64,000 bases of DNA from an uncultured delta proteobacterium (lineage in GTDB: Bacteria > Myxococcota > Myxococcia > Myxococcales > Myxococcaceae). Position numbers and translations under genes: made by a program. A model generated the notes under the pieces. That model searched no databases and was not told the origin of the DNA. It saw only the letters and a list, made by a program, of their open reading frames with translations. The DNA lies in contig CAVYSY010000054.1 of NCBI GenBank assembly GCA_963771175.1, positions 1 to 64,000 of the forward strand, written 5' to 3'. This document shows, in pieces, positions 1-12,668 of the stretch. Every line of letters starts with the position of its first letter. Position 1 is the stretch's first letter.

Positions 1-240
1 CGCCCGGATTTCTCGCCACGACCGGTCATGTGGTCCGCGACCCCATGCAACCGTTGCGCCGACGCCTTTCAGCGGGAGAACGAGGCGAGCTGTGCGATCC
101 AGGACCAGCTATCTGCGACACGGATGTCGCATTGGCGTTCATGATCGGGCGCGACCATATCAGAATCCCGAACTCGGCGAGTTTGCATCCCCGCGAAGCC
201 AGCGAGTTCATACGCCTGTGACACGACGCATCGGCGCCGG

Positions 241-643
241 AGCATTCCCGAGTTTCTCCAGCCCGTGCTGCGCACCATCGTCGAACAGGCGCGCGCGGCG
301 ACGGGCGCCCGGTATGCCGCCCTGGGCATTGACGGCTCGCCGACCCACTCCTCCTGGAGGTAGTCCGCCCTCGAGCGAGGCCTTGAGCGGGCGAGCCACC
401 ACGTCGCGCGAGGTGCTCATCCTCCGTCCGGACGGGAGCCGGCTGCCGGTGGCGGAGCACGCCGTGCCCGTCTATGGCGAGGACATGCGGCTGCTGGGCG
501 CCGGGGTCGTCATGGAGGACCTCTCCGCCCGCGAGGAGCGCAGGAAGCTCCTCTCTGTCGCCGCAGCAGCGGCTGCTCTGGACGGAGCTGGATTGGAGCC
601 GAGGGGACTGCTCACTCGGGGGCTCGGGGTGCTCGCGGCGTAG
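241..643 (+). pseudogene. Internally deleted sensor histidine kinase remnant (start of a GAF domain joined to a PAS fragment)
   Basis: The frame from 241 reads PVLRTIVEQARAATGARYAALGI (typical GAF start), then stops at 361-363. Another frame continues with PAS-like REVLILRPDGSRLPVAEHAVPVYGEDMRLLGAGVVMEDLS. No kinase domain follows. Confidence 0.55.
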
Positions 644-829
644 CGAGGACGGGTGCTGTCGGCTGGTGGGAAGAGTCGCTCGGTGCGCGCGGGTGGGGGA
701 CGACTTCAACGAGGCGGGCGTCCCAGCCCAGGGCTGGCGGGCCAGCGGGGATGTTCCTGGCGGTGCCATGCGCATACATGTGCGGGGTGGAGGCTGAAAC
801 TCCCGAGCCTTCTCATCCAGGAGGTCATC

Positions 830-1744
830 ATGTCTCGAAGAGCGACGCTCGTCCTGTCTGGCGGAGGAACGAGGGGGGCATTCCAGGTGGGAGCGGAGCG
901 TGTCCTCCGCGAGGAGGGGGGCTTCGAGTGGGAGCGCATCCTCGGCGTCTCCGTGGGGGCCCTGAACGGCACGCTCCTGGCCCAGGGGCAGTACGAGCAG
1001 GTGATGGACCTCTGGCTCACGCTTCGCGAGAAGGATGTCTATCGGAAGTTCTCCTGGCCCCGGGTGGGCTTGCGCCTCGTCACGAGGAAGCTTGGCTTCT
1101 ATGACAACACCCCGATGCGGGAGTCAATCCTCAAGCGCGCCGCGGGGCGGCCGTACAAGGTTCCCGTTCACGTGGGGCGGGTGTCTCTCGTGAGCGGTCA
1201 ATACGAGCTGGTGTCTTACGACGAGCCGGGGTTCCTCGACGCCGTCTGGGAGAGTGCGACGCTGCCTGTCATCTGGGAGGCCGTCGGTCCCCAGGCCCGT
1301 GTGGATGGTGGCATTCGGAACATGACGCCGCTGGGAGATGCACTGGAGTACGATCCGACCGAGCTCGTCGTCATCCTGTGCGGCAACTATCAGTTGGACC
1401 CGGCACCGCCCCCGCGCACCATCGTGGACGTGGCCCGGCGCAGCCTCGGGGAGGTCGTCATCAACGAAATCCTCATCAATGACGTGCGGGAGTTCCTGAA
1501 CATCAACCACGTGGTGCGGCAGGCCGCGGAGCACGGCGTGGCGCTGACGGATCTGGACGGTAAACCCTACCGCCACTATCCCATCACCATCATCCAATCG
1601 GAGCATGAGTTGGGGGATTCACTGGACTTCTCGCCGAACCTGCTCCGGGCGCGCATCCTGGCGGGGGAAGAGGCCGCGAGGAAGGCGCTCCAGGTACAGA
1701 GGGCCCCTCCGCCCCATGAGGAGGCCCCCCCGCTGCATGCCTGA
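830..1744 (+). CDS. Patatin-like phospholipase
   Basis: LSGGGTRG oxyanion loop, GVSVG nucleophile motif and DGG motif; GGAGG RBS before ATG 830. Confidence 0.93.
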   Translation: MSRRATLVLSGGGTRGAFQVGAERVLREEGGFEWERILGVSVGALNGTLLAQGQYEQVMDLWLTLREKDVYRKFSWPRVGLRLVTRKLGFYDNTPMRESILKRAAGRPYKVPVHVGRVSLVSGQYELVSYDEPGFLDAVWESATLPVIWEAVGPQARVDGGIRNMTPLGDALEYDPTELVVILCGNYQLDPAPPPRTIVDVARRSLGEVVINEILINDVREFLNINHVVRQAAEHGVALTDLDGKPYRHYPITIIQSEHELGDSLDFSPNLLRARILAGEEAARKALQVQRAPPPHEEAPPLHA

Positions 1745-1908
1745 CTCGAAGCTCGAGGCAGCCCGCCCGCGAAGCAGACAGCCTTGCATCCCTTACGGCA
1801 CTCGAAACGCCCGGCACCTGGGTCAGACACCCTGGCGGCGGAACACCACGGCATAACTCTCCTTTCCGCCGTGTAATCCCAGGGGGCCTCCACCTGGAGG
1901 CGCACCAG

Positions 1909-4900
1909 ATGAGGGCTGGAACCTACCACGTCACGGAAACCCTCCATGAGGGGGAGCGCAGCAGACTCTACCGGGCTCTCCGGGGCGCGGAGGGCCTGCC
2001 TGTCATCCTCAAGGTGCTCGGCCCCCGGCGCCCCAGCCCCCACGAGCTCGAGGGCCAACGGCGGGAGCTCTCCTTTGGCCGGAGCCTCGACACGCCCGCC
2101 GTGGTGAAGCCCCTCGGATTGGATGCCTTCCACGGGCAGCCGTGCCTCGTCCTGGAAGACACGGGCGCCGTCTCGCTCGCCCATGTCCTGGACGGGGCCC
2201 TGCCGGTCGGCCGCTTCCTCCCCCTGGCGCTCGGCATCGCCCGGGCGCTCGCCGAGCTCCACCACCACCACGTCATCCACAAGGACATCAAGCCCGAGAA
2301 CATCCTCGTCCACCCCAACACCGGCCAGGTGCAGCTCACGGACCTGGGCATCGCCACGCATCCTGCCCCGCGAGCACCAGGCCGTGCAGGGCCCACGCCT
2401 CATCGAGGGCACGCTCGCCTACATGTCCCCCGAGCAGACGGGGCGGATGAACCGGGTGCTCGACCTCCGGACGGATCTCTACTCGCTGGGCGTCACCTGC
2501 TACCAGATGCTGACGGGCCGGCTGCCCTTCCTGCGCGACGGACCCCCTCGAGTGGATGCACTGCCACATCGCCCGCACGCCGCCCCCGCTGCGCGAGCTC
2601 GCCCCGGAGGTGCCGGAGGTCCTCGAGGCCATCGTCACCCGGCTCCTGGCCAAGGTGGCCGAGGAGCGCTACCAGAGCGCGCAGGGGCTCGTGCATGACC
2701 TGGAGCGCTGTCTGGAGCAGTGGACGGCGCGGGGGCGCATCGACGCCTTTCCCCTCGGCACCGGGACGTCTCCGAGCGCTTCCAGATACCGCAGAAGCTC
2801 TACGGCCGCGAGCGCGAGATGCGCCCTGCTGCTGCACGAGTTCGAGCAACTCGTGGCGCGGGGCGAGCCTCGGCTGGTGCTCGTCTCCGGGTACTCGGGG
2901 ATCGGCAAGTCCTCGCTGGTGCACGAGCTGCACAAGCCGGTGCTCGCGACGCGAGGCTTCTTCCTCTCCGGGAAGTTCGACCAGTACAAGCGAGACATTC
3001 CCTACGCCACCGTCGTCCAGGCCTTCCAGGGGCTGGTGCAGGAGCTGCTGGCGGGCACCGAGGAGCAGCTCGCCGCCTGGAGGCAGCGGTTGCTGGCGGG
3101 GTTGGGCGCCAACGGTCAGCTCATCATCGACGTCATCCCCGAGGTGGAGCTCATCCTCGGCCGGCAGCCGCCGGTGCCGGAGCTGCCCGCCGCCCAGGCG
3201 GAGAGCCGCTTCCTCAACGTCTTCAGTCAGTTCATCCAGGTGCTCGCGCGCCGCGAGCACCCCCTGGTGCTCTTCCTGGACGACTTGCAGTGGGCGGACG
3301 CGGCGAGCCTCAAGCTGCTGCGCTACGTGCTGACGCAGCCGGAGACGGGCTACCTGCTGGCCCTGGGCGCCTACCGGGACAACGAGGTGAGTCCCTCCCA
3401 TCCGCTGCCGCGCATGGTGGAGGAGGTGCGCAAGGCCGGCACCGCCGTGCGAGACGTCGTCCTGTCGCTGCTCTCACCCCAGCACGTGGCGCAGCTCGTG
3501 GCGGACACCCTGCACGCCTCGCCCGAGGCCGTCCACCCCCTGGCCCGCCGGCTCCACCAGAAGACGGCGGGCAATCCCTTCTTCGCCATTCAATTCCTCA
3601 CCATGCTCTACGAGGAGGGGCTCGTCTGGTTCGACGCGGGGGCTCGCGCCTGGCGGTGGGACGTGCAGGGCATCGACGCCAAGGGCTTCACGGACAACGT
3701 GGTGGAGCTGATGGTGGACAAGCTCAAACGGCTGCCACCGGGGACGCAGGAGGTGCTGGAGCGGGCCGCGTGTGTGGGCAACGTCGTGGACTTCCACACG
3801 CTGGCGGTGGTGTGCGACCAGGAGGAAGCGCGCGTCCACGCGCACCTGTGGCACGCGGTGAAGGAGGGGCTGGTGCTGCGCGCGGGCACGCGCTACCGCT
3901 TCCTGCATGACAGGGTGCAGCAGGCGGCCTACCTCCTCATCCCCGAGCCCCAGCGCGAGCGGGTGCACCTGAAGATTGGGCGGCTCCTCCTCTCGCGCAC
4001 GCCTCCCGAGGCCCTGGAGGAGCGCCTCTTCGACATCGTCAACCAGCTCAACCTGGGGGCCTCGTTGCTGACCGAGGCGTCGGCGCGGACGGAGCTGGCG
4101 GAGCTGGACTTGAGGGCGGCGCGCCGGGCGAAGGCCTCCACGGCCTACGCCGCGGCCTCGAGCTACCTGGCGGTGGGCATGGCCCTGCTGGGGCCCGGGT
4201 GCTGGGAGGAGCACCCCACGCTGGCCTTCGCCCTGCACCGTGAGCGCGCCGAGTGCGAGTTCCTCCTGGGGGGCCTGGAGGAGACGGAGCGCCTCTTCCC
4301 AGTGCTGCTGCGCCACGCGCCCAGCCGCGTGGACAAGGCCGGCGTCTACCGCCTCAAGGTGGACTTCCACGTGACGCGCTCGGAGAACGCGCTGGCCGTG
4401 CAGAGCGCCTTGGAGTGTCTGGCGCTGTTTGGCATCGACATGCCGGCCCACCCCACCTGGGAGCAGGTGGAGTACGAGTATGAGCGCTTCTGTCTGGGCT
4501 TGGGCGGGCGCTCCCTGGAGGCGCTGGTGGAGCTGCCTCTCATGAAGGACGAGGACATTCGGGCGGCCATGGGAGTGCTGGGGGTGCTGTTCGCTCCCGC
4601 CTATTTCACCGACAAGAACCTGCTCTACCTGCACCTGTGCCACATGATGAACCTGAGCCTGAGGTACGGCAACACGGATGCCTCGGCGCACGGCTATGCG
4701 TGGTTCGGCACGCTGCTGGGGCCCGGCTTCCACCGCTACCGGGACGGCTACCGCCTGGGCCGGGTGGCCCAGGAGCTCGTCGAGCGGCATGGCTGGCTGG
4801 GCTACCGGGGGAAGGCCTTCTTCTCGCTGGAGATGCTGGCCTTCTGGAACGAGTCCGTCTCGGCCGCCGTCGACCACTGCCGGGCCGCCTTCGAGGGCAG

Positions 4901-7469
4901 CGTCGAGGCGGGGGACCTGGCCAGCGCTTGTTATAGCTGCAACCACCTCATCACCGAGATGCTCAACCGCGGCGATGGGCTGGAGGAAATCCACGCCGAG
5001 TCGGTGCGGCGCATGGACTTCGTGCGCAGGACACACTTTCGAGACGCGGAGCACATCATCCTCAACCAGCAGCGCTACATCCAGCAGATGCGGGGGTTGA
5101 CGGAGGGCTTCTCCACCTTCAACGGGGACGGCTTCGACGAGGCGCGCTTCGAGTCCGAGCTGACGCCCGAGCGCATGCGGACGATGGTGTGTTGGTACTA
5201 CGTTCTCAAGCTCAAATCCCGCTTCATGTGTGGGGAGTATGAGCAGGCGCTCGAGGCGGCAGGGCATGCCGAGCGGCTGCTGTGGTCCTCGGTGGGGCAC
5301 CCGCAGGTGCATGACTTCCACCTCTACCGTGTGCTGACGCTGGCGGCGCTCTACCCACGGGTGCCAGCGGAGAGGCAGCGGGCCTTCCTGGAGACGCTGA
5401 GGGAGGACGAGGCGCTGCTGCGGGAGTGGGCGGACAACCACCCGAGGAACTTCGCGGCCACGTACGCGCTGGTGTCGGCGGAGCGGGCGCGGCTGGAGGG
5501 AGACGTGGCGGGCGCCATGCGGATGTATGAGCAGGCCCTGCGCGCGGCGCGCGAGGGAGGCTTCATCCAGTACGAGGCGCTGGGTTACGAGCTGGCGGCG
5601 CGCTTCTACCTCGCGCAGGGGCAGGGCCGCTTCGGCGAGCTGTACCTGCGCGAGGCGCGCTCGTGCTACGCGCGCTGGGGCGCTCATGGCAAGGTGCGGG
5701 AGCTCGAGCGGCGGCATGAGTGCCTTCGCGAGTCAGCGGCCTCCCTGGCCGGCTTCGAGTCCTCGGTGACCTGCTGCCTTCGGCCCGAGCAGCTCGAGCT
5801 CCTGTCCGTCGTCAAGGCCTCGCAGGCCATCTCCGGGGAAATCGTCCTGGACAGGCTCATCCACAAGCTGGTGGAGGTGGTGCTCGAGCAGAGCGGGGCC
5901 CAGCGGGGCGTCCTGCTGTTGGCGCCCGAGGGGCAGCTCTCGGTGGCGGCGGAGGCCTGGCTGGAGGGGAGCTCGGTGGTGGTCCAGGCGCCACCGGAGG
6001 TGACGGAGGTGGGGGAGGCGCACCTGCCCGTGTCCCTGCTGCAGTACGTGTGGCGGACGAAGCAGCAGGTCGTCCTCGAGGATGCCACGCGGGCGGCGCC
6101 GTTCGCCACGGATGCGTACATGGTGGGGTGGAAGCCGAAGGCGGTGCTCTGTCTGCCCATCCTCCGGCGGGCCAGCGTCATCGGGCTGCTGTACCTGGAG
6201 AACAACGTGCTGGCGGGCGCCTTCAGCCGCGAGCGGCTGTCTTCCCTGGAGCTGTTGGCTTCGCAGGCGGCCATCTCGCTGGAGAACGCCATGCTCTACA
6301 CCCACGTGCAGCGGGAGAACCTCGAGCGGAAGCTGGCCCAGGAGGCGCTGTATGAGAGCGAGTCGCGCTACCGCCACATCCTCGAGACCGCCGAGGAGGG
6401 GGTCTGGATGCTCGACGCGCAGGGCGCCACGATGTTCGTGAACGAGAAGATGACGCGGATGCTGGGCTACACGGTGGAGGAGATGGTGGGGCAGTCGTTC
6501 CTGGTCTTCATGGACAGGGAGTTCCACGCGGAGGCTGGACGGTGCCTGGAGCGACGCATGGAGGGCATCCGCGAGCAGCATGACTTCCGCTTCCGGGGGA
6601 AGGACGGTCGCGAGATATGGGGCATCGTGTCCGCGAATCCGCTGGTGGACCGGGAGGGGCGGGTGACAGGCGTGTTGGGGATGATTACGGACATCACCCA
6701 GCGCAAGCAGGCGGAGCGGGAGCGGGACAGGCTGTTGAGCCAGGAGCAGGCGGCGCGCGCGGTGGCGGAGGAGGCGGCGAGGATGCGCAATGACTTCCTG
6801 TCCATCGCCTCGCACGAGATGAGGACGCCGCTCACGCCGCTGCGGCTGAGGCTGGAGCGGCTGCACCGGACGCTTGCGCGCGAGGAGCAGGCGCCGTTGG
6901 CCGAACAGGTGGCGCTCTGCCAGCGGCAGGTGGGGCGGATGGCCCGGCTCGTCGAGACGCTGTTGGATGTGTCACGGCTCATGGCCGGGAAGCTCGAGCT
7001 GCAGTGGGAGTGTGTGGATTTGATGGAGTTGGTGAAGGATGCCATCACGAGCAATGAGGACACGCTGGCGCGCGAGGGGTGCGAGCTGGAGCTGAGGGCG
7101 GAGGCTCCGGTGGTGGCTCGAGTGGACAGGGGGCGCCTCGAGCAGGTCCTCGAGAACCTGCTGGGAAATGCCATCAAATACGGGCCAGGGAAGCCCATTC
7201 AGGTGAGCGTGGAGGTGGAGGGGGAGGTGGCTCGGCTGCGCGTGAGGGACCACGGAATTGGCATCTCACCGGAGGACACGGGGCGCATCTTCGAGCGCTT
7301 CGAGCGGGCGGTGCCGCTGAGACATTATGGGGGGTTGGGGCTGGGGCTGTACATCACCCGGGAAATCGTCGAGGCGCACCAGGGCCGCATCCGAGTGGAG
7401 AGTACGCCGGGGGAGGGCTCGACGTTCACCGTCGAGCTGCCGCTGGGGAGAGGTGGCGAAGCCACTTGA
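1909..7469 (+). CDS. Hybrid Ser/Thr kinase - AAA ATPase - GAF - PAS - histidine kinase (frameshifted near 2360, 2540 and 2760-2820)
   Basis: [13 protein letters not shown] and [16 protein letters not shown] kinase motifs; Walker [22 protein letters not shown] (LYLENN); PAS; H-box [13 protein letters not shown] and GLGLGL boxes. Domains are spread over three frames. Confidence 0.9.
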
Positions 7470-7747
7470 CGACGGGGCAGCTGGCGGCGGGTTCAACCAC
7501 CGCTGGCGTCGTGCTCGCCCGGACAGCGGGCCCGGCGACCGCACGGGCCCCCGGCTCGCTGCCTGCCTCAAGCGCTTGTGCGCCCACGCCCCACTCCCCA
7601 GCTTTCCAGCGTTCAGCTGGCCTGAGGAGGTCGGGACATGAGGAGCGAGGGCCATGAGTGCATGCTTTTCGGCGTTCGCGAGAACCAGGCGCATCCTCGG
7701 CGCATGAGCTCTTGAACCAACCCCACTTGCACAGAGTCTCCAGGAGG

Positions 7748-8449
7748 ATGACCATGCCCGAGCCGCCCCCCTCGGAGTCGCGCCAGCAAGAAGAGAATCA
7801 CCGCTTGGAGCTCGTCGCCACGGTGATGATGGCCTTGGCCGCGATTCTCGCGGCTTGGGCGGCGTTCCAGAGCGCCAAGTGGAGCGGGCGGCAGAGCATC
7901 GCCTTCAGCGAGGCCGCGGCAAGCCGCACCGTTGCCGCGCGCTTCGCCACCCGAGCCGACCAGCAAGCGGCTCTCGACGCCAACATCTTCATTGCCTGGG
8001 TACAGGCGGTCGCGGCCGAGGTCAGCCCGGACGAGCTGCGCGCCCGCGGGTACGAGCCCAAACCCGGAACGCTCTCGAACTTCCTCTTCGCGCGATTCCC
8101 GAAGGAGCTCGAGTCGGCTGTCGAGGCCTGGCTGGCGACGCGGCCCTTTCAAAACGCGGAGGCGCCAGCCACGCCCTTCGAGATGCCCGAGTATCGGAGA
8201 GAGGCCCTCGCGGAGGCGGAGCGTTTGAACGAGAATGCGGAGGCGCGCTCGGAAGATGCCCGGACGTTCAACCTGCACTCTGACCGGTACGTGGCGACGA
8301 ACGTCCTGTTCGCCATGATCCTCTTCTTCGCGGGAGTGGCAACGAAGCTCGAGAGTCGCCTTGCGCAGCGCTTGATGCTGGGCCTGGCGTTCGTCTTCAT
8401 GCTCGCCGCATGCTCCGTGCTCGTCACCTTTCCGGTCGCACTGGACTGA
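7748..8449 (+). CDS. Hypothetical membrane protein (1 N-terminal and 2 C-terminal TM helices; DUF4337-like layout)
   Basis: Hydrophobic segments ELVATVMMALAAILAAWAAFQS and VLFAMILFFAGV...LAFVFMLAAC; AGGAGG upstream; GC3-biased codons. Confidence 0.75.
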   Translation: MTMPEPPPSESRQQEENHRLELVATVMMALAAILAAWAAFQSAKWSGRQSIAFSEAAASRTVAARFATRADQQAALDANIFIAWVQAVAAEVSPDELRARGYEPKPGTLSNFLFARFPKELESAVEAWLATRPFQNAEAPATPFEMPEYRREALAEAERLNENAEARSEDARTFNLHSDRYVATNVLFAMILFFAGVATKLESRLAQRLMLGLAFVFMLAACSVLVTFPVALD

Positions 8450-8578
8450 CCCAGGCTCCGCGGTGGCCAGCGCCGACCTCCCCGGGCCCGAGCGCTGGGA
8501 GTTGCCTTCACACCGGGTGAGCGTACCTTCCTGGCGGCAGGCTAGACCCACCGAAGCGAGACCTGCTCGGAGGACGGG

Positions 8579-9086
8579 GTGGTGTGCCTCATCATCGAAC
8601 AGCCGGATACGGAGACCGCCTCCATCTCCATCCGCGCGAAGGTCCATTCCGCGCTCACGCTCACGCTGGCGGCGGAAGTCGAGAACGTGGAGCTGTCGAC
8701 ACCACTACCTGCCGTTCGCCTCGGGCCACACGCTCCACCTCGAAGCACAGGTCGTGTTTCTCGGGCACTTCTTGGAGCTGCGCGAGCTCGCCGACTTCGT
8801 CGTAGCGCCTCAGTGGCGCGCCGTCGCCCGCGTCGGCCGCCGGATCCCCGGTGCTGCCGCGGTGGTGATCATCAACACCATCGGGAACGACGAGGGGCTC
8901 GTGGAGTCGCGAGTCGGGTACGGCCACTACATCGCCGTGCGTCTCGAGGTAGATGCGTTGGGCTGGATCACCGGCTTCTACGCGGACTCCCTGGCAGGCG
9001 CGAGCGACGGCAGGCGCCGCCAGCTCATCGCCCGGTTGGTGGAGCAGCTCGTCCAGCATGCACAGGGCCTGGTCGGGGTGGCGTGA
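8579..9086 (+). CDS. Hypothetical protein, probably frameshifted near 8700
   Basis: Protein-like text in one frame (CLIIEQPDTETASISIRAKV...) continues in another (LPFASGHTLHLEAQVVFLGHF...GLVGVA*). No recognisable family. Confidence 0.4.
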
Positions 9087-9170
9087 GCCGCACCGAGGGT
9101 GCGCCGGCTCCCAGAGAAGGGGGCTCCCTGGGCAATCCGGCACGGGCTGTGAGTGTTGCAAGGAGTAGTA

Positions 9171-12100
9171 CTAGGGGGCGATTACCGCCGCTCGGCCAGC
9201 ACTCCCTCCGCCGGTCCCAGGGTCGTACACCTCCACGCTGGCAAGGGGGCTTCCTTTAGGTCCTCCGACCACCAGGACCTTCCCCGACGGCAATAGCGTT
9301 GCTGTATGGCCATGGCGACCGGTGGCCGGCGTGCCGGCAAAGTTCCATTGCTTGGTTCCCGGGTCGTACACCTGCGCATTGGCGAGGTACCCTACGAAGT
9401 ACCACCCCCCGGTCACCAGCACCCTGCCCGACGGTAGCAGCGTTGCGGTATGCCCAATGGAGGTGTTGGTCATCATGCCCGTGGTGGGAATCCAATTGCC
9501 CGACGTTGGATCATACGTCGTGGAGCTGGACAGGGCGCCGTTCTCATTCTCCCCTCCGGCCACCAGCACCTTCCCCGAGGGTAGCAACGTCGCCGTGTGC
9601 AACCAGCGAGGGATACCCATCGAGATGGCGCTGCTCCATGCCCCCGTCTCAGGGTCGTACACCTCCACGCCCGAGTTCTTCCCATGGATATTCCCCCCCC
9701 CGGTCACCAACACCATCCCCGAATCCAACAGCGTCGCCGTGTGCAACTGGCGAGCGGTGACCATCGAGCCGGTGGCACTCCACACCCCCGTCTTGGGATC
9801 GTACACCTCCGCACTCGCGAGACTGCTTCCTGTAGCGCCCCTTGTGTGTCCCCCCGCCACCAGGACCTTCCCCGAGGGCAACAGCGTCGCCGTATGGTGC
9901 ACACGGGCGGTCGCCATCGAACCGGTGGCGCTCCATTTCCCCGTCCCAGGGTCGTACACCTCCGCGCTCGCGAGGTTGCTCCCGTTGGACCCTCCGACCA
10001 CCAGGACCTTCCCCGAGGGCAACAGCGTCGCCGTGTGATTCGCACGAGAGGTCGCCATCGAACCGGTGGCGCTCCATCCCCCCGTCCCGGGGTCATACAC
10101 CTCCGCGCTCGCGAGGGTGTTCCCGTTGGACCCTCCGACCACCAGGACCTTCCCCGTGGCCAACAGCGTCGCCGTGTGGTCTCCGCGGACGATGGCCAGC
10201 GAGCCAGTGGTACTCCACTCCCCCATCCCCGGGTCGTACGCCTCCGCGCTGGCGAGCCCCCTTTCATTTCTTCCCCCGAGCACCAGGACCTTCCCCGTGG
10301 CCAACAGCGTCGCCGTATGCATCTGGCGACCGACGGCCAGCGAGCCGGTGGCGCTCCACATCCCTGTCCCCGGGTCGTACACCTCCGCGTCGGCGAGGTG
10401 ACCTGCGCTGTAGCCTCCGGCCACCAGCACCTTTCCCGAGTCCAACAGCGTTGCCGTGTGCAACCGGCGAGCTGTAGTCATCAAGCCGGTGGTGTACCAC
10501 TGCTCCATCTCTGGGTCATACACCTCGGCACTGGCGAGGGCGTTGAGTCCCCTCTCTCCTCCGGCCACCAGCACCTTTCCCGCCGGCAACAACGCTGCTG
10601 TATGCAACTTGCGCGCGGTCTCCATGGAGCCGGTGGTGCTCCACGCCCCTGTCTGCGGGTCATACACCTCCGCGCTGGAGAGGGCGCCGCTTTCTCCCTC
10701 TCCTCCGGCCACCAGTACCTTCCCCGAAGGTAACAACATTGCCGTATGCAGCTTGCGCGCGGTGGCCATGGAGCCAGTGGCGCTCCACTCCCTTGTCTCC
10801 GGGTCATACACCTCGGCACTGGCGAGGGCACCGCTTCCGCCCTCTCCTCCCACCACCAGCACCTTCCCCGAAGGCAACAAGGTCGCCGTGTGCAACTGGC
10901 GCGCGGTGGCCATGGAGCCAGTGGTGTGCCACATCATTGAATCCGGGTCGCTCAACTCGACACTGGCGAGGGAGCCACTTCCGCCCTCTCCTCCCACCAC
11001 CAGCATCTTCCCCGAAGGCAACAAGGTCGCCGTGTGCCCAGAACGAGCGGTGGCCATTGTGCCCCGGGGTCTCCACCATCCCATTGTCGGATTATATGTC
11101 TCCACGCTAGCGAGCGTGCCGCTTTCCCCCTCCCCGCCAGTCACCAGCACATTCCCCGAGGGCAACAGCGTCGCCGTGAAGTACTCGCGGGGGGTCGCCA
11201 TGGAGCCGGCGGCGTTCCACACCCCCGTCCTCGCGTCGTAAACCTCCGCGCTGGCGAGAGTGCCGCTTTCGCCATTTCCTCCGGCCATCAGCACCCTTCC
11301 CGACGGCAGCAGTATCGCCGTGTGTTCGGCGCGAGCGGTCACCGGTGAGCCTGTGGCCCTCCACACCCCTAACGCTGGGTAGTACACCTCGGCACCGGCG
11401 AGCGCGCCGTTTCCACCCCCACCCCACACCCCGGCCACCAGCACCGAGCCCGTTGGCAACAACGTCGCGGTGTGAGCGCCGCGGACGGTGGTCATCGAGC
11501 CGGTGGCGCTCCACCTCTCCGTCGTCGGGTCGTACACCTCCGTGCTGGCGAGAGCGTTTTTCTCTCCCCTCCCTCCAGTCACCAGCACCTTCCCCGACCG
11601 CAGCAGCGTCGCCGAGTGTTGGTAGCGGGCAGTCGCCATCGAGCCAGTAGCGCTCCACTTCCCCGTCGCTGGGTCGTACACCTCCGCGTTGGCGAAGTGG
11701 TCGCTTCCAACCCCCCCGGCCACCAGCACCTTCCCGGAGGGCAACAGCGTCGCCGTGTGATAGTCGCGGGCATTGGCCATCGAGCCGGTGGTACTCCACA
11801 CCCCCGTTCTCGGGTCGTACACCTCCGCGCTGGCGTACACGCCGTTTCCACCCCCACCCATCCCCCCGGCCACCAGCACCTTCCCGGAGGGCAACAGCGT
11901 CGCCGTGTGCAACTGGCGAGCGGTGACCGTCGAGCCGGCGGCACTCCACGCCCCCGTTCTCGGGTCGTACACCTCGGCACTGGCGAGACGGCCGCTGTGA
12001 CTCATTCCCCCGACCACCAGCACCTTCCCGGAGGGCAATAGCGTCGCCGTGTGTTCCCTACGGGGAGTAGTCATGGTCCTGGTGGAGATCCACGCCCCCG

Positions 12101-12501
12101 TTCTCGGGTCGTACACCTCCGCGCTGGCAAGGGTTTTGATCCTGTCCTTGCCATCGACGTATCCCCCCACCACCAATACCTTTCCGGAGGGCAACAGCGT
12201 CGTCGTGTGTCCCTGACGGGCGGTGGTCATCGAGCCGGTAAGGTTCCAACCCGGTTCCCTGAGAGCAGGGGCTTCCACCGGGCTGCCTGGCACGTTCTGC
12301 TTTCCCCCCAGCGAGAGTTGAGCGACCGGCCCCAGTGCGCTGTCCTCCCTGGGGGCGCCATGCCACTCTTTTGCGGCGGGCTCGGAACCCTCCGTGCGCG
12401 GCCGACCCGCTTCCGGACCAGCGCCGAGCGCCAGAGACAGAAAAGGGAACAGTATCCACACGAGTGACGCTTGCATCCGGAACAACGACTCCTTCTTCAT
12501 C
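9171..12501 (-). CDS. Secreted Kelch-repeat beta-propeller protein (21 repeats)
   Basis: 21 copies of R..HTATLLPSGKVLV.GG...SAEVYDP.TG.W; hydrophobic N-terminal signal-like segment; exact start uncertain. Confidence 0.92.
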
Positions 12502-12668
12502 AGGACATGCACCTTGGGTGTTTGGGGGGGAGGATGGGCTGGTCGCACACCGCCTTGAAGAGAGTACCTCCCGTGGCCTCACACTCCCTAGAGACGGTGT
12601 CAAAGGACTCGACCCGGCTCATGTGAGGGCTCCTGGCGTTAGCAGCATTCGCTGCGTGAAAATCCAGG

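Noticed and set aside
1..221. Possible 3' end of a gene at the window start
   Set aside because: No frame shows convincing codon bias or motifs; cannot be assigned.
9171..12300. Regularly spaced DNA repeats resembling a CRISPR array or a diversity-generating element
   Set aside because: The roughly 145-bp period is in-frame Kelch coding sequence; there are no cas or reverse transcriptase genes in the window.
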